A stretch of 64,000 nucleotides of DNA from Gammaproteobacteria bacterium. GTDB lineage: Bacteria; Pseudomonadota; Gammaproteobacteria; Eutrophobiales; Eutrophobiaceae. Each line of letters opens with the position of its first letter. Within the stretch, counting starts at the first letter, position 1. The stretch covers positions 2,238,507 through 2,302,506 of the forward strand of contig OZ244890.1 of assembly GCA_965221455.1 (NCBI GenBank), read 5' to 3'. This document shows positions 1-10,400 of this stretch, in pieces. The position numbers were made by a program, and so were the translations under genes. A model generated the notes under the pieces. It did no database searches, was not told the DNA's origin, and saw only the letters and a program-made list of their open reading frames with translations.

Positions 1-43
1 GTTTGGATGGTATAACGAAGTGGGACGATATTCCCGCCCTCCA

Positions 44-71
44 CGTCATTCCCGCGAAAGCGGGAATCCAT
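44..71. repeat. REP-like palindromic element (GTCATTCCCGCGAAAGCGGGAATCC family)
   Basis: Perfect 8-bp arms ATTCCCGC / GCGGGAAT around a GAAA loop at 48-67. Related copies at 31239-31258 and 33045-33064. Half or imperfect copies near 33108-33125 and 33226-33250. Confidence 0.7.
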
Positions 72-85
72 TTGTGGAGAAAGTC

Positions 86-496
86 TTACTTGATCGCCGT
101 TTTCTTGAATTTAATTATTGATCGTCTGTCTTTTTTACCAGGACGACCTTTGCTGGTTGGTGTCATGAGCGATTCCGCCTTTATCCGGGTTGCAACCAAT
201 TCCCGTTTAATAATGCTATCCGGAGATTCTTCATAGAGCAGTGCTGTATCAGAGGCCGATTTTCTTGATTGTGTTACATCTTTCACGGTGACAGTATGAC
301 AAAACGCTTCTTTGTGTATGTTCAGAATATCACCGGTTTGCACTCGTTTTGACGGTTTGGCACGTTCGCCATTAGCGGTAATCTTGCCCGCTTTCAATGC
401 ACTGGCCGCAATGTGTCTTGTTTTATAAAAACGAGCACACCACAGCCACTTATCCAGTCGGATTGATATATCGATTGTTTCTTTTTTTTTAGTCAT
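86..496 (-). CDS. hslR: Ribosome-associated heat shock protein Hsp15 (S4 RNA-binding domain)
   Basis: 136 aa. RLDKWLWCARFYKTRHIAASALKAGKITANGERAKPSK and C-terminal basic tail closely parallel E. coli HslR. Confidence 0.85.
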   Translation of the reverse strand: MTKKKETIDISIRLDKWLWCARFYKTRHIAASALKAGKITANGERAKPSKRVQTGDILNIHKEAFCHTVTVKDVTQSRKSASDTALLYEESPDSIIKRELVATRIKAESLMTPTSKGRPGKKDRRSIIKFKKTAIK

Positions 497-572
497 TAAC
501 CGGATTGAACTTCAACATGGTAACTTATTATATATAATTGACTCACATTAATATTTTACCGGAGAATTTTAG

Positions 573-1100
573 ATGTCCGTGGATAAAACAAGAGACTTCA
601 TCCGACTTGGAATCGCCGTGCTGACTATTTCAGACACACGTACCGAGTCTGATGATAAGTCCGGTCAATTATTGGTAAAAAGACTGGAGAGCGCAGGTCA
701 TCGTTTGAGTGATAAGCAGATCGTGCCTGATGATAAATTTCATATCAGGGCGATTATTTCGAACTGGTGCATTGATGATAACGTTCAGGTTATCCTCACC
801 ACTGGCGGGACAGGGGTAACAGGCAGGGACGGAACACCGGAGGCGGTTGGTGTTCTCATGGATAAAACAATTGACGGTTTTGGTGAAACATTTCGCGCCA
901 TTTCATACCAACAAATCGGTACGTCAACGATGCAATCTCGTGCAATTGCAGGCGTTGCCAACGGCACATATATATTTTGTCTTCCAGGCTCATCAGGCGC
1001 ATGTGCCACGGCATGGGATGATTTAATCAGTCAGCAACTGGATTATCGAACCAGACCCTGTAATTTGGTTGAGTTAATGCCGAGACTACTTGAAAAATAA
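573..1100 (+). CDS. moaB: Molybdenum cofactor biosynthesis protein B
   Basis: 175 aa. ILTTGGTGVTGRD and IGTSTMQSRAIAGVANGTYIFCLPGSSGACATAWDDLISQQLDYRTRPCN are almost collinear with E. coli MoaB. Confidence 0.85.
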   Translation: MSVDKTRDFIRLGIAVLTISDTRTESDDKSGQLLVKRLESAGHRLSDKQIVPDDKFHIRAIISNWCIDDNVQVILTTGGTGVTGRDGTPEAVGVLMDKTIDGFGETFRAISYQQIGTSTMQSRAIAGVANGTYIFCLPGSSGACATAWDDLISQQLDYRTRPCNLVELMPRLLEK

Positions 1101-1109
1101 TTTCCGGTT

Positions 1110-2099
1110 CTACTCTGGATATTTAAAATAGACCAGCAAAGTCCGTTTGGCAGGATGGTTATTGTCATCGCTAATCATGAAATAAAAGCCGTCTTCATGT
1201 TTCGTGATACCTTCAAAGTTATCATTAAAATATCCCCCTGCAGGTAAGAATCGGGCAATCACTTTATCCTTAAGCTGATCCCCTTCCATACGAAGATGAT
1301 GTAATGCAACCTTGAAGCCCATGAAAAATCCGCCATACGCACGTTCGATTGCCAAAAGGTCGTTGTTTTCCATTGTCGCAAGACCCGTGAATGCGCCGTC
1401 ATCGAAATATGCCGTAAAACTTCGCAGCTTGCCATCCGTAGTATAAAGATTCAGTTGCGCCTTATCCTCGCCTTTTAAAGAATACTCGGTACCAAGCAGC
1501 AACCCATATTGATCATGTATTTCAATGGACTCAAGTGATTTATTTTCACTTCTGTAATTTGATATATCTCGAAGTTTCTCCGGAATTGTTATCTGTTTTT
1601 CAATAAATCCTTGCCGGTTATATTGAATTACTCGTGGTTGCCTTTCAAAACTAACAATATATTGTGTATCTCCCCGAATTTGGTTATCAGCATTGATTAA
1701 GGTCAAACCTTCACTATCCGAATTTTTCCACCTTAGTTTTTTCCCTTTGTCATCATGAAATTGTAGACTATCAATAATCAGTACGTCATTCAGACGTCCT
1801 CCCTCAAAGACGGGTCTGAAACTCAACAAATAACCATTATCAGATATGGAATAGAGCAATTTCTCATCCGCATCCCAAGCCAAACCCGACAATTCTGATA
1901 CCTTAAGCCCATTGATAGTGATATTGGAAAGTTGGGCAACGGCCTGTATATGAATGAGTTCATTATCATCTTTAATAATGTTCCCTGGATATTCTATATA
2001 GGCAATAGATTCAGCACAAATTGCCTGGTGACTGATACAAACCAGGCTATAAAGTATGAACAAAAGTGGATTTAGCGTATCAAATTTCATAACTTTCAT
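1110..2099 (-). CDS. Secreted phytase-like (esterase-like activity of phytase) family protein
   Basis: 329 aa with N-terminal signal peptide. SGLAWD and SEGL type motifs typical of the phytase-like beta-propeller family. Family call is from memory only. Confidence 0.5.
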   Translation of the reverse strand: MKVMKFDTLNPLLFILYSLVCISHQAICAESIAYIEYPGNIIKDDNELIHIQAVAQLSNITINGLKVSELSGLAWDADEKLLYSISDNGYLLSFRPVFEGGRLNDVLIIDSLQFHDDKGKKLRWKNSDSEGLTLINADNQIRGDTQYIVSFERQPRVIQYNRQGFIEKQITIPEKLRDISNYRSENKSLESIEIHDQYGLLLGTEYSLKGEDKAQLNLYTTDGKLRSFTAYFDDGAFTGLATMENNDLLAIERAYGGFFMGFKVALHHLRMEGDQLKDKVIARFLPAGGYFNDNFEGITKHEDGFYFMISDDNNHPAKRTLLVYFKYPE

Positions 2100-2166
2100 A
2101 TTGTGAAAACATTAGCGACAACGGAAAGTTTAATATATTTTTGACTGATAAGGATACATCATCACC

Positions 2167-3231
2167 ATGACCAGTTTGCCACGGACGTTCCAGTTCATGA
2201 TATCTATCACAATCCTTTCCTCAATGGGAGTCGGTTCTGCTGTTAATGCGGGCGGACAAAGATCTGTTCCGGTTCAAGTCGCTGAGGCGGAAATTGTTGA
2301 ATTATCGCCTGGCATATGGATTGCGGGGACGATTATTAGCCGCCATGACGCTAAAATTTCGTCTGAGGTGGAAGGTCGTATTAAATCATTGCTGGAAGTG
2401 GGTGATGAGGTGGAAAAAGGTGATGTCATTGCGAGTATTGATGATACGACAATACGTATGCAACTTGATGAAGCAAGAACCGGGGTAACTCCGGTAGAGG
2501 CTAAACTGAAATTTCTCAATGCCGAAGTCGAAAGATTAAATAAATTAGCCAAGGAAAATAATACGGCAAAGAACAGACTGGATGAAATGATATCAGATCG
2601 TGATGCAATGCATGGTGAATTAATGATGAAGCAAACGCGACTGGCTCAGGCAAAAGATACATTACAAAGATCCATTATCCTGGCGCCTTTCCCGGGTGTT
2701 GTTGTTGAACGTTTCAGGAAAGAAGGTGAGTGGGCGAAAACGGGAGATAATTTAATTCGTTTGGTGGATACGGAAACAAAAGAAGTGCAGGGAAGGATCC
2801 AACAGAAGAGTGCCATGTTTATTAAAAAGGGGGATATGATAGAGGTTGCTGACGATCAAAAGCGGGTAATGGCGACTGTTAGAACATTAGTCCCGGTCGG
2901 GGATGCTGTTTCAAGATTATATGAGGCAAGGCTTGATTATCAGCAAGCAGCATGGATGCCGGGGCATGCAGTACGGATTAGAGTGCCGACGGCCGAACCT
3001 CAAAAAGTATTGGTGGTTCCTCAAGATGCATTGGTCATCAGGGGAAAAGTGATTAAAGTGTTTCGTATACTTGAAAACAATACTGCGGAAGCGGTGTTGG
3101 TAAAAACGGGAATAGCGGACGATCAGCTTATTGAAGTGATTGGAAACATTAATCAGGGCGACAGGATTGTTGTTCTCGGCAATGAGCGATTGCGTCCACG
3201 GCAACAAGTTGTCATTCAGGAAGAACAGTAA
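2167..3231 (+). CDS. RND efflux periplasmic adaptor (membrane fusion protein, HlyD family)
   Basis: 354 aa with signal/anchor, coiled-coil hairpin region and beta-barrel C-terminus. Immediately upstream of the RND permease (4-nt gap). Confidence 0.8.
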   Translation: MTSLPRTFQFMISITILSSMGVGSAVNAGGQRSVPVQVAEAEIVELSPGIWIAGTIISRHDAKISSEVEGRIKSLLEVGDEVEKGDVIASIDDTTIRMQLDEARTGVTPVEAKLKFLNAEVERLNKLAKENNTAKNRLDEMISDRDAMHGELMMKQTRLAQAKDTLQRSIILAPFPGVVVERFRKEGEWAKTGDNLIRLVDTETKEVQGRIQQKSAMFIKKGDMIEVADDQKRVMATVRTLVPVGDAVSRLYEARLDYQQAAWMPGHAVRIRVPTAEPQKVLVVPQDALVIRGKVIKVFRILENNTAEAVLVKTGIADDQLIEVIGNINQGDRIVVLGNERLRPRQQVVIQEEQ

Positions 3232-3234
3232 AAC

Positions 3235-6200
3235 ATGAACTTAACCAGGTTAAGTCTGGACAATCATGTCGCTGTCATTGTCGCCATTCTGTTAGCGACG
3301 CTGTTCGGTGGTATCAGCCTGTCAAGATTACCCATACAACTCACACCTGAGATTCAGGAACCGGAAATAACAATTACAACCAATTGGCGGGCGGCGGCTC
3401 CCGATGAAGTTGAGTCCGATATTATAGAACCTCAGGAAGATGTTCTACGCGATTTGCCAGGCATGACTAAAATGTTGGCGAAGGCACAGGATGGACGAGG
3501 TGAGATTAGCCTCACTTTTTCTGTAGATATGGATCTACGCAGAGCCCTGGTGGAAGTTATCAATCGCCTCAATAAAGTTCCTGGTTACCCTGGAGATGTT
3601 GATGAACCGACAATCAGTACGGTGGGTGGAAATGCGCGTGCGATAGCCTGGTTCATCATTAAACCTGAAAAGGGTAATGATGTTGATATATCCAGTTACA
3701 AAGACTACGTGGAAAAAGTTGTTCAAACCCGATTTGAACGCGTGCCCGGGGTTGCGCGTTCCGAAATCTTCGGGGGTAGAGAACGTGAGATTCGAATCAC
3801 TTTTGATCCATATAAAACGGCGAGTCTTGGCGTGCAAATTCCTCTTGCGGCGGAAAAAATTAATGGTGGCACTGATGTATCCGCGGGCTATGTGGATATC
3901 GGCAAGCGTGAGTACAGTATCAGGTATGCAGGCAAGTATCGCCGGCAAGACTTGCGAAGCTTGATTGTTGATTGGCGCGATGGCTATCCGATCTATTTAC
4001 GGGATATTGCTGTTGTTGAAGAAAAGATGGTGGACAGAAACAGCTTTGTTATTACCAAAGGTGAATTATCCATTGCAGTCAATGCACAGCGTGAAACAGG
4101 CGTGAATGTTCTACAAGTAATGCATGGTCTGCAAGAAGCATCAGCGGAATTGGCAGCAGGTCCGTTGGCCAGAGCGAACCTGACGATTGAACAGGTATAC
4201 GATGAAACAACCTATATTGATAACTCGATTGCAATGCTGGCAAGTAATCTGGGAATAGGTGTACTTCTGGCGGTCATCGTACTCTGGTTTTTTTTAAGAC
4301 GTTTACGTACTACCCTGGTCGTTGCGGTTTCCATTCCGGTATGCCTGTTAAGCAGTTTTATCGTGCTTGAGATTACCGGTAGAACACTGAATGTTATTTC
4401 GCTTGCCGGGTTGGCTTTTGCGGTCGGTATGGTGCTTGATGCATCTATCATCGTACTTGAAAATATCATTCGTTTACGAGAGGAAGGTAAGCCTGCGGAT
4501 ATTGCCTCATTGCTGGGTACTAATCAGGTTTGGGGTGCTTTGCTGGCTTCAACGGTCACCACGGTGGCGATATTCTTGCCGGTGATTTTTCTCACAGACG
4601 AAGCGGGACAATTATTTGCTGATTTGGCAATCACTATCACCGCAGCCATATGTATTTCATTCGTCGTTGCAACTACAGTGATTCCAGGCTTCACGAAACA
4701 CTATATTCCTGATGAAAAAATGATCGATCCACACCATCATTGGTGGCGCAATATCAGTAAAGTAGTCATGTCCTTAAGCGACGGACCTGTGCGGCGTAAC
4801 TTCTGGATTATCATTTTAATCACCGCACCTTTATACCTGGCCTGGATACTTGTACCCAAAGCCGATTACTTGCCGGAAGGTAATCGCAATCTTGCGTTTG
4901 CGTATATTTTGCCTCCACCAGGTGCAAATATTAGTCAGATAGAAAACGAAATGGCTGAAATCATCGCCCAACGTATTGAACCTTATGTGACGGGAGAGGA
5001 ACACCCTCAAGTAAAACACTATTTTTTTGTTGCTTTTCCGCAAGGGGTATTTATGGGTGTCAGAGCAAGCAATCCTGAAGAAACCGGCGCCTTGATTCCC
5101 GTGCTGAATTCCGTGATTCAAGGCTTTCCAGATACCATTGCTTTTGCCAAGCGTGCGTCCCTATTCGGTGGTTTCGGTGATGGAAGAAGCATAGATATGG
5201 ATTTACATGGTCGTAATATCAGGGAATTAATGGATGCTGCGGGTCAGGGGTTTGCTTTAGTACATCAGAAGATCCCCGGAGTCAGAGTCAGACCGTTTCC
5301 CGGTCTTGAACTGGCGCAGCCCGAATTACGTTTAATTCCCGATGACAGACGTATCTCGGAGGCTGGGTGGAATAGGGAACAGATGGCGGGCATCATTCGC
5401 GCATTGGGAGACGGTTTATATGTTAATGACTATTTCGATGGGGAAGATACGTTAAAGGTCATTGTTCGTTCTAAATCGTGGAAATCACCGGAAGAACTTG
5501 GAGCGTTCCCGCTGGCGACACCTCGCGCCGGTATTTTACCCCTGAATGAGTTGGTGAATATTCAGCGAACTTCGGGGCCGGAAGAGATTCGACGCATGAA
5601 CCGACGTCGTACAGTCACCTTGCAGATTACGCCGCCTGCTGATTTATCTTTGGAAGAAACATTGGCTATCCTGCGATCTGAAGTTGAACCTGCGGTACGT
5701 GCTTCCATGCCGGTTGATGGTGATATTAACTATACAGGGACGGCGGACAAACTCGTTTCAACACTATCCAGTATGCAAGGCAGTTTCATGTTGGCGATAT
5801 TTATTCTATATCTGCTGATGAGTGCGCTTTTCAGATCATTCAAGGACAGTTTGCTGGTGATATTATCAATTCCCCTGGCCACCGTAGGCGGGGTTATTGC
5901 CTTGAAACTAATGAATGTTATTCCCCAAATGTTATTTGCCATCCCGTCATTTCAGGCAATGGATTTACTGACCATGATCGGATTTATTATCACGCTGGGA
6001 TTGGTGGTGAATAATGCAATATTACTCGTACATCAGGCACGCTCCGGAGAACGCGAGGGACTACCCAGAAAGGAAGCCGTTGCAAAATCGGTGAGCATGA
6101 GATTAAGACCCATACTCATGAGTACACTAACCAGCATATTCGGTATGTTACCGCTTTTGCTTATCCCCGGTGCCGGCGCTGAATTATATCGCGGACTGGC

Positions 6201-6288
6201 GGGTGTCATTGTAGGTGGTATGATGATAAGCACAGTTTTTACACTGGTACTACTGCCTTGCATGTTGCGCATTGGCGAGGCTCGATAA
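3235..6288 (+). CDS. RND efflux permease (AcrB/AcrD/AcrF family)
   Basis: 1017 aa, 12-TM pattern with two large periplasmic loops. LAGLAFAVGMVLDASIIVLENI and C-terminal ELYRGLAGVIVGGM motifs. No outer-membrane factor gene is adjacent. Confidence 0.85.
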   Translation: MNLTRLSLDNHVAVIVAILLATLFGGISLSRLPIQLTPEIQEPEITITTNWRAAAPDEVESDIIEPQEDVLRDLPGMTKMLAKAQDGRGEISLTFSVDMDLRRALVEVINRLNKVPGYPGDVDEPTISTVGGNARAIAWFIIKPEKGNDVDISSYKDYVEKVVQTRFERVPGVARSEIFGGREREIRITFDPYKTASLGVQIPLAAEKINGGTDVSAGYVDIGKREYSIRYAGKYRRQDLRSLIVDWRDGYPIYLRDIAVVEEKMVDRNSFVITKGELSIAVNAQRETGVNVLQVMHGLQEASAELAAGPLARANLTIEQVYDETTYIDNSIAMLASNLGIGVLLAVIVLWFFLRRLRTTLVVAVSIPVCLLSSFIVLEITGRTLNVISLAGLAFAVGMVLDASIIVLENIIRLREEGKPADIASLLGTNQVWGALLASTVTTVAIFLPVIFLTDEAGQLFADLAITITAAICISFVVATTVIPGFTKHYIPDEKMIDPHHHWWRNISKVVMSLSDGPVRRNFWIIILITAPLYLAWILVPKADYLPEGNRNLAFAYILPPPGANISQIENEMAEIIAQRIEPYVTGEEHPQVKHYFFVAFPQGVFMGVRASNPEETGALIPVLNSVIQGFPDTIAFAKRASLFGGFGDGRSIDMDLHGRNIRELMDAAGQGFALVHQKIPGVRVRPFPGLELAQPELRLIPDDRRISEAGWNREQMAGIIRALGDGLYVNDYFDGEDTLKVIVRSKSWKSPEELGAFPLATPRAGILPLNELVNIQRTSGPEEIRRMNRRRTVTLQITPPADLSLEETLAILRSEVEPAVRASMPVDGDINYTGTADKLVSTLSSMQGSFMLAIFILYLLMSALFRSFKDSLLVILSIPLATVGGVIALKLMNVIPQMLFAIPSFQAMDLLTMIGFIITLGLVVNNAILLVHQARSGEREGLPRKEAVAKSVSMRLRPILMSTLTSIFGMLPLLLIPGAGAELYRGLAGVIVGGMMISTVFTLVLLPCMLRIGEAR

Positions 6289-6351
6289 TTGCGAGGCCTG
6301 AATTACAAAGTGTATTTTTAAAAATGTATAATTAACCAGATTTGGTGGATA

Positions 6352-7368
6352 GTGAAGCAAATGATTTTTCGATTATCGATTATTTTAGGACTCTTCCTTG
6401 CCGTCAATGCAGGTGCAACAACTTATGAGTTAAGATCGGAATCAGACAACGTCATCGGCCAGATAGATACCGTGATTGTGGATAGCAGCACGACGCTTCC
6501 GGATATCGCGAGAAAACATGGTTTTGGTTTTTACGATATCAAATTACTGAATCCTGATACTGATACATGGATGCCTGATGATGATGAGATCGTTCAGTTA
6601 CCTTCCCGGTTCATACTACCTGATGTCCCGAGGAATGGTATTGTTTTGAACATTCCCGAAATGCGGCTGTATTACTTTCCCAAAAAGAAAAAAGGCGAAC
6701 CGTATAAGGTGATTACTTACCCTTTAGGGATCGGCAGAGAAGGATGGGCAACACCCTATAAGCAAACACATATTACCGGCAAAAAAGAGCATCCTGATTG
6801 GCGGCCCCCGAAATCGATAAGAGAAGAACACGAAAGAGCGGGAGATCCACTACCTGAAATCGTTAAGGCAGGGCCTGATAACCCTCTGGGACAACACGCG
6901 CTACGACTTGCTCTACCTTCCTATTTAATTCATGGGACGAATAAACCATGGGGTATCGGTATGCGTGTCAGTCATGGTTGTATCAGACTGTATCCTGAAG
7001 ATATCGCGGAATTATTCGACCGGGTAACGGTTGGTACGCCGGTCAATATCATCAACAAGCCGTATAAAACCGGTAAAGCTGATGGCGTATTGTATCTTGA
7101 AGTCCATCCGTCACTGACAACAGCGACACGAGACAAGTCCGGTCACGTGATTAAATCAGAGAATAACGAGAACATTGATAATTTTCCTGAAATTATTAAA
7201 ATGATTATAGCCTCGACCAATGATGGTCAGTACCTTATCGACTGGGATACCGCGAAAGCAGTGTCTGATGAACCGCAAGGGATCCCCGTCGCGATTGGAA
7301 TGCGCATTCCGGAACAAGCAGCAAGGGGAAGCCATGTTGTATATCAATCCAAACCTTTTACTGAGTAA
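6352..7368 (+). CDS. L,D-transpeptidase (YkuD/ErfK family) with LysM-like N-terminal segment
   Basis: 338 aa with signal peptide, GTG start in the ORF track. Catalytic motif HGTNKPWGIGMRVSHGCIRL. Confidence 0.8.
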   Translation: MKQMIFRLSIILGLFLAVNAGATTYELRSESDNVIGQIDTVIVDSSTTLPDIARKHGFGFYDIKLLNPDTDTWMPDDDEIVQLPSRFILPDVPRNGIVLNIPEMRLYYFPKKKKGEPYKVITYPLGIGREGWATPYKQTHITGKKEHPDWRPPKSIREEHERAGDPLPEIVKAGPDNPLGQHALRLALPSYLIHGTNKPWGIGMRVSHGCIRLYPEDIAELFDRVTVGTPVNIINKPYKTGKADGVLYLEVHPSLTTATRDKSGHVIKSENNENIDNFPEIIKMIIASTNDGQYLIDWDTAKAVSDEPQGIPVAIGMRIPEQAARGSHVVYQSKPFTE

Positions 7369-7498
7369 ACGGTTTTCAGTATCTATGCGTGAATCGATAC
7401 TGATTTATGCCAGGGTATGAGTCTCAATACATAATATTTGTAAGGATATTTGATCTGAAATTTTGACGCTTGAATAGAAATAAGAGGGAAGGAAGAAC

Positions 7499-10400
7499 AT
7501 GAACAAAATAATTTCACCTATTGCCATTGATATGGGGGCGAAGAATACGGGGGTTTATCTTCAGCATTTTGAGCAAGGAGAAGATCCAACTACCAGCGGT
7601 AATAGTGCCGGGCGGACCATTGTGATTGACGGCGACAGTATTACCTGGTCACAGGTGAATAGAACACAGAAACGTCACCAGGTTAGAGGTAACAAAAGAC
7701 GCAAACTTGCCAAACGCTTGCTGCTGGTAATTCTAGGCAAATCTTATGGTATCTCCCCCACACGAGAGCAAGCAGATTTTCTGATGGGATTGATGAATCG
7801 GCGCGGTTATAACCGTTTAGTTGAGGACCTGGACGAGAAACTGATAAAACAACCCCTGGTTGCAGAGTATTTTGTAAAAAAACATGAGGATTTTTTCAAA
7901 AATCGCGATACCTTTTTCGATAATTTTATTGCATTGTCAAATGACATTGAAAAATGCAAAGCCCTCAAAGAGCAACTTATATTGTCGAAAAAAGAGGCAA
8001 AAAAAGCAGTAGATGACGACAAAGATGGTCAACAAGCATTCGCTGATGCGTATGACAACATGAAATCCGCTTTAGACAAGCAGATTAAGTCTGAAGATGA
8101 AGGGCACAAGCACCGTGAGGAGTATCTGAAAAATATCAAAAAGGATATTCAGGAGAATAGCTTACTCAATCCACTACTGAATGATGAATTAACCGCTGAA
8201 TGTATCGCTAATCTCATTGGTAACATCAGTAATTTACAGTTGCGGGTGTTGCGTAAATACTTTAATGACAAGCAGATGCAAAACAGTGATAAATGGCTAC
8301 CACAGAAACTGCATAAATTATTTTTCCGATGGATTCAAGGCTGGCACTGTAAGCAAGATGATGAAAAAGAGAAGCGTAATAAACTGTTGAAATTAAAGCA
8401 GCAGGATATTTTGAAAATTCTAGCCACATCTGCGCCTGAACTGACTATTCCACCCTACGAAGACCAGAACAACCGCATCAAGGAGACCATTAAGGATAAA
8501 ACCTTAAGGCTGAAACCATCTGCATTGGATAAGAAAATGAATAACTGGCTGGATATGACTCAAAAGATTGTGAAGCACTACTGTCTTCCGACTGACGACA
8601 GCCGTACTACAACTTTATTTTCTATCAATGAAAATATCGAGGACTGCACTCATAAAATGATACAAGGGGTATTAGATGATTATGAAAGCCGGAAATCAGC
8701 CAATATACTGCAAAGAATATTCGACCGGAGCAAATTCCTGGATCCTTACAAATTAAGGTTGTTATGTTCTCTTGATTCTTTAGAGCATGCCAAAGATGAC
8801 GCCAGGAAATCTTTGACCTTGTTAAAGCAACATATCGGTGACAACAATGCGCAAGCATTTATTTCACTTTGCAAATCCTACTATGCAGAAACAGAAATCG
8901 CCAGGCAGGGGTTGTGGTCAGATAACAAAGACAGTTTATTTTTTTGTTGCGACACCAATCCGCCACACAAAAGCAAGCTGCAACACAGGCTGGTCGGACA
9001 TATTGTTTGTAAAACACTATCAGAACCCGAATTAGAATCTTTCAAAAAAGATTGCTGGAGTGAAAAAATAACAGGCGCAAGGAAAACAGCCAAAAGCGTG
9101 GCAAAAAGCATAGAAGAAATTCGTAAAAAATACGGTAACGAATTTAATGATGTAATGAAAAGGATTAAACGCAGGGAATATGTGCTGAAAAGCAAACCCG
9201 AGGAAATTACAGAACAGCAAAAAAAAGGATGGGAAAAATATGAAGAAAAACATAAGAATGTAAAAACAGCGATTGAGGATGCTGCAAAAGTCGCTACACA
9301 TATCGCTGATTATTTCGAGCATGACGACGACAAGAAAGCGAAGTATGCTAACCCGTACAGCATTGCACAGTTGTACAACCATCTGGAAACGGATATTGGT
9401 GGATTCAGCAAAACCGATAGATATAACACCGAAGAAAATGCCTGGCGGAATGAAATCAGTGAAGAAATCCCTGAAAATAAAATTGCCAACGCGGTAAGAC
9501 TAACAAAAGACAGTGTACGCCCGTTTGATGGCATGTTGGGTCGCATACTGGAAAGGCAGGCATATGAAATCGCTCGGCATAAAATTGTTCAACTTGAAGG
9601 GTTGGGGATTGGTGAAAGTGGAGAAATGCTTATCCCCGTATTACTGGAACAAAATAAGTTTAAATTTGAAAAGAGTCTGCACGATATCAAAGGCGAAAAA
9701 AATGTTTCAACAAAAGCAAAAGACCGAGTCGAAGAAGGCGAGAAAAGACAACAAGAACAATGGGAAGATAAAGATAAACGGATCAAAGGAAATAAAATAT
9801 GTCCGTACACTGGCGAAACAATCGGTGTCGGCGAAATCGATCATATCATTCCTCAAGCTAAATCCAGGCAGCATGGCGATGTGGTATACAACTCCGAGGC
9901 TAATCTGCTTTATTGCTCGGGCAGGGGCAATCAAGAAAAAGGAGACAATAGATATTCTTTCGAGCAGTTAAATAGTGAGTATTTGCGAGAAGTTTTTGGT
10001 AATAAAAGTCCAGGAGACATAAAGCAGGAAATCCGACAGTTCATTAACAACCTGGATACAGATAATTTTTCCGGTTTTCATAATCTGGAAAGCCACGAGC
10101 AGAACTATCTGCGCCATGCCTTGTTTCTGCAAGACCTGGATGAGAAAACTTTCCCGTTACTTAATACTCGCTATAGAACTTTGGTCAATGGCACACAAGC
10201 GTATCTGGCTAAACTATTGGTTCGCGTATTAAGAGGCAAATATCCGAATGCAGAGTTCAAGGTGTATCAGATGGATGCACAGGAAGTCTCCAGGGTTCGG
10301 GATGTGTTGTGTAATAAGTACGAAGAATATAAAAAATCCGATAAACAACAAGGTGCCTTTTCCCATGTAATTGATGCGGCTATGGTGCTGGCGACCGCGC

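Noticed and set aside
3-236. 77-aa ORF at the window start containing VIPAKAGIH
   Set aside because: It reads through a REP palindrome and the antisense of the hslR 3-prime end. The peptide motif is the translation of the repeat.
7455-7461. CTGAAAT upstream of cas9 as a second anti-repeat or scaRNA-like element
   Set aside because: Only 7 nt match the repeat end, with no extended complementarity, promoter or terminator.
8625-9971. Stack of 65-150-aa ORFs on both strands inside cas9
   Set aside because: They lie in the Lys/Glu-rich, low-complexity middle of cas9, where AT-rich sequence leaves alternative frames open. All are nested in the 1457-aa ORF.
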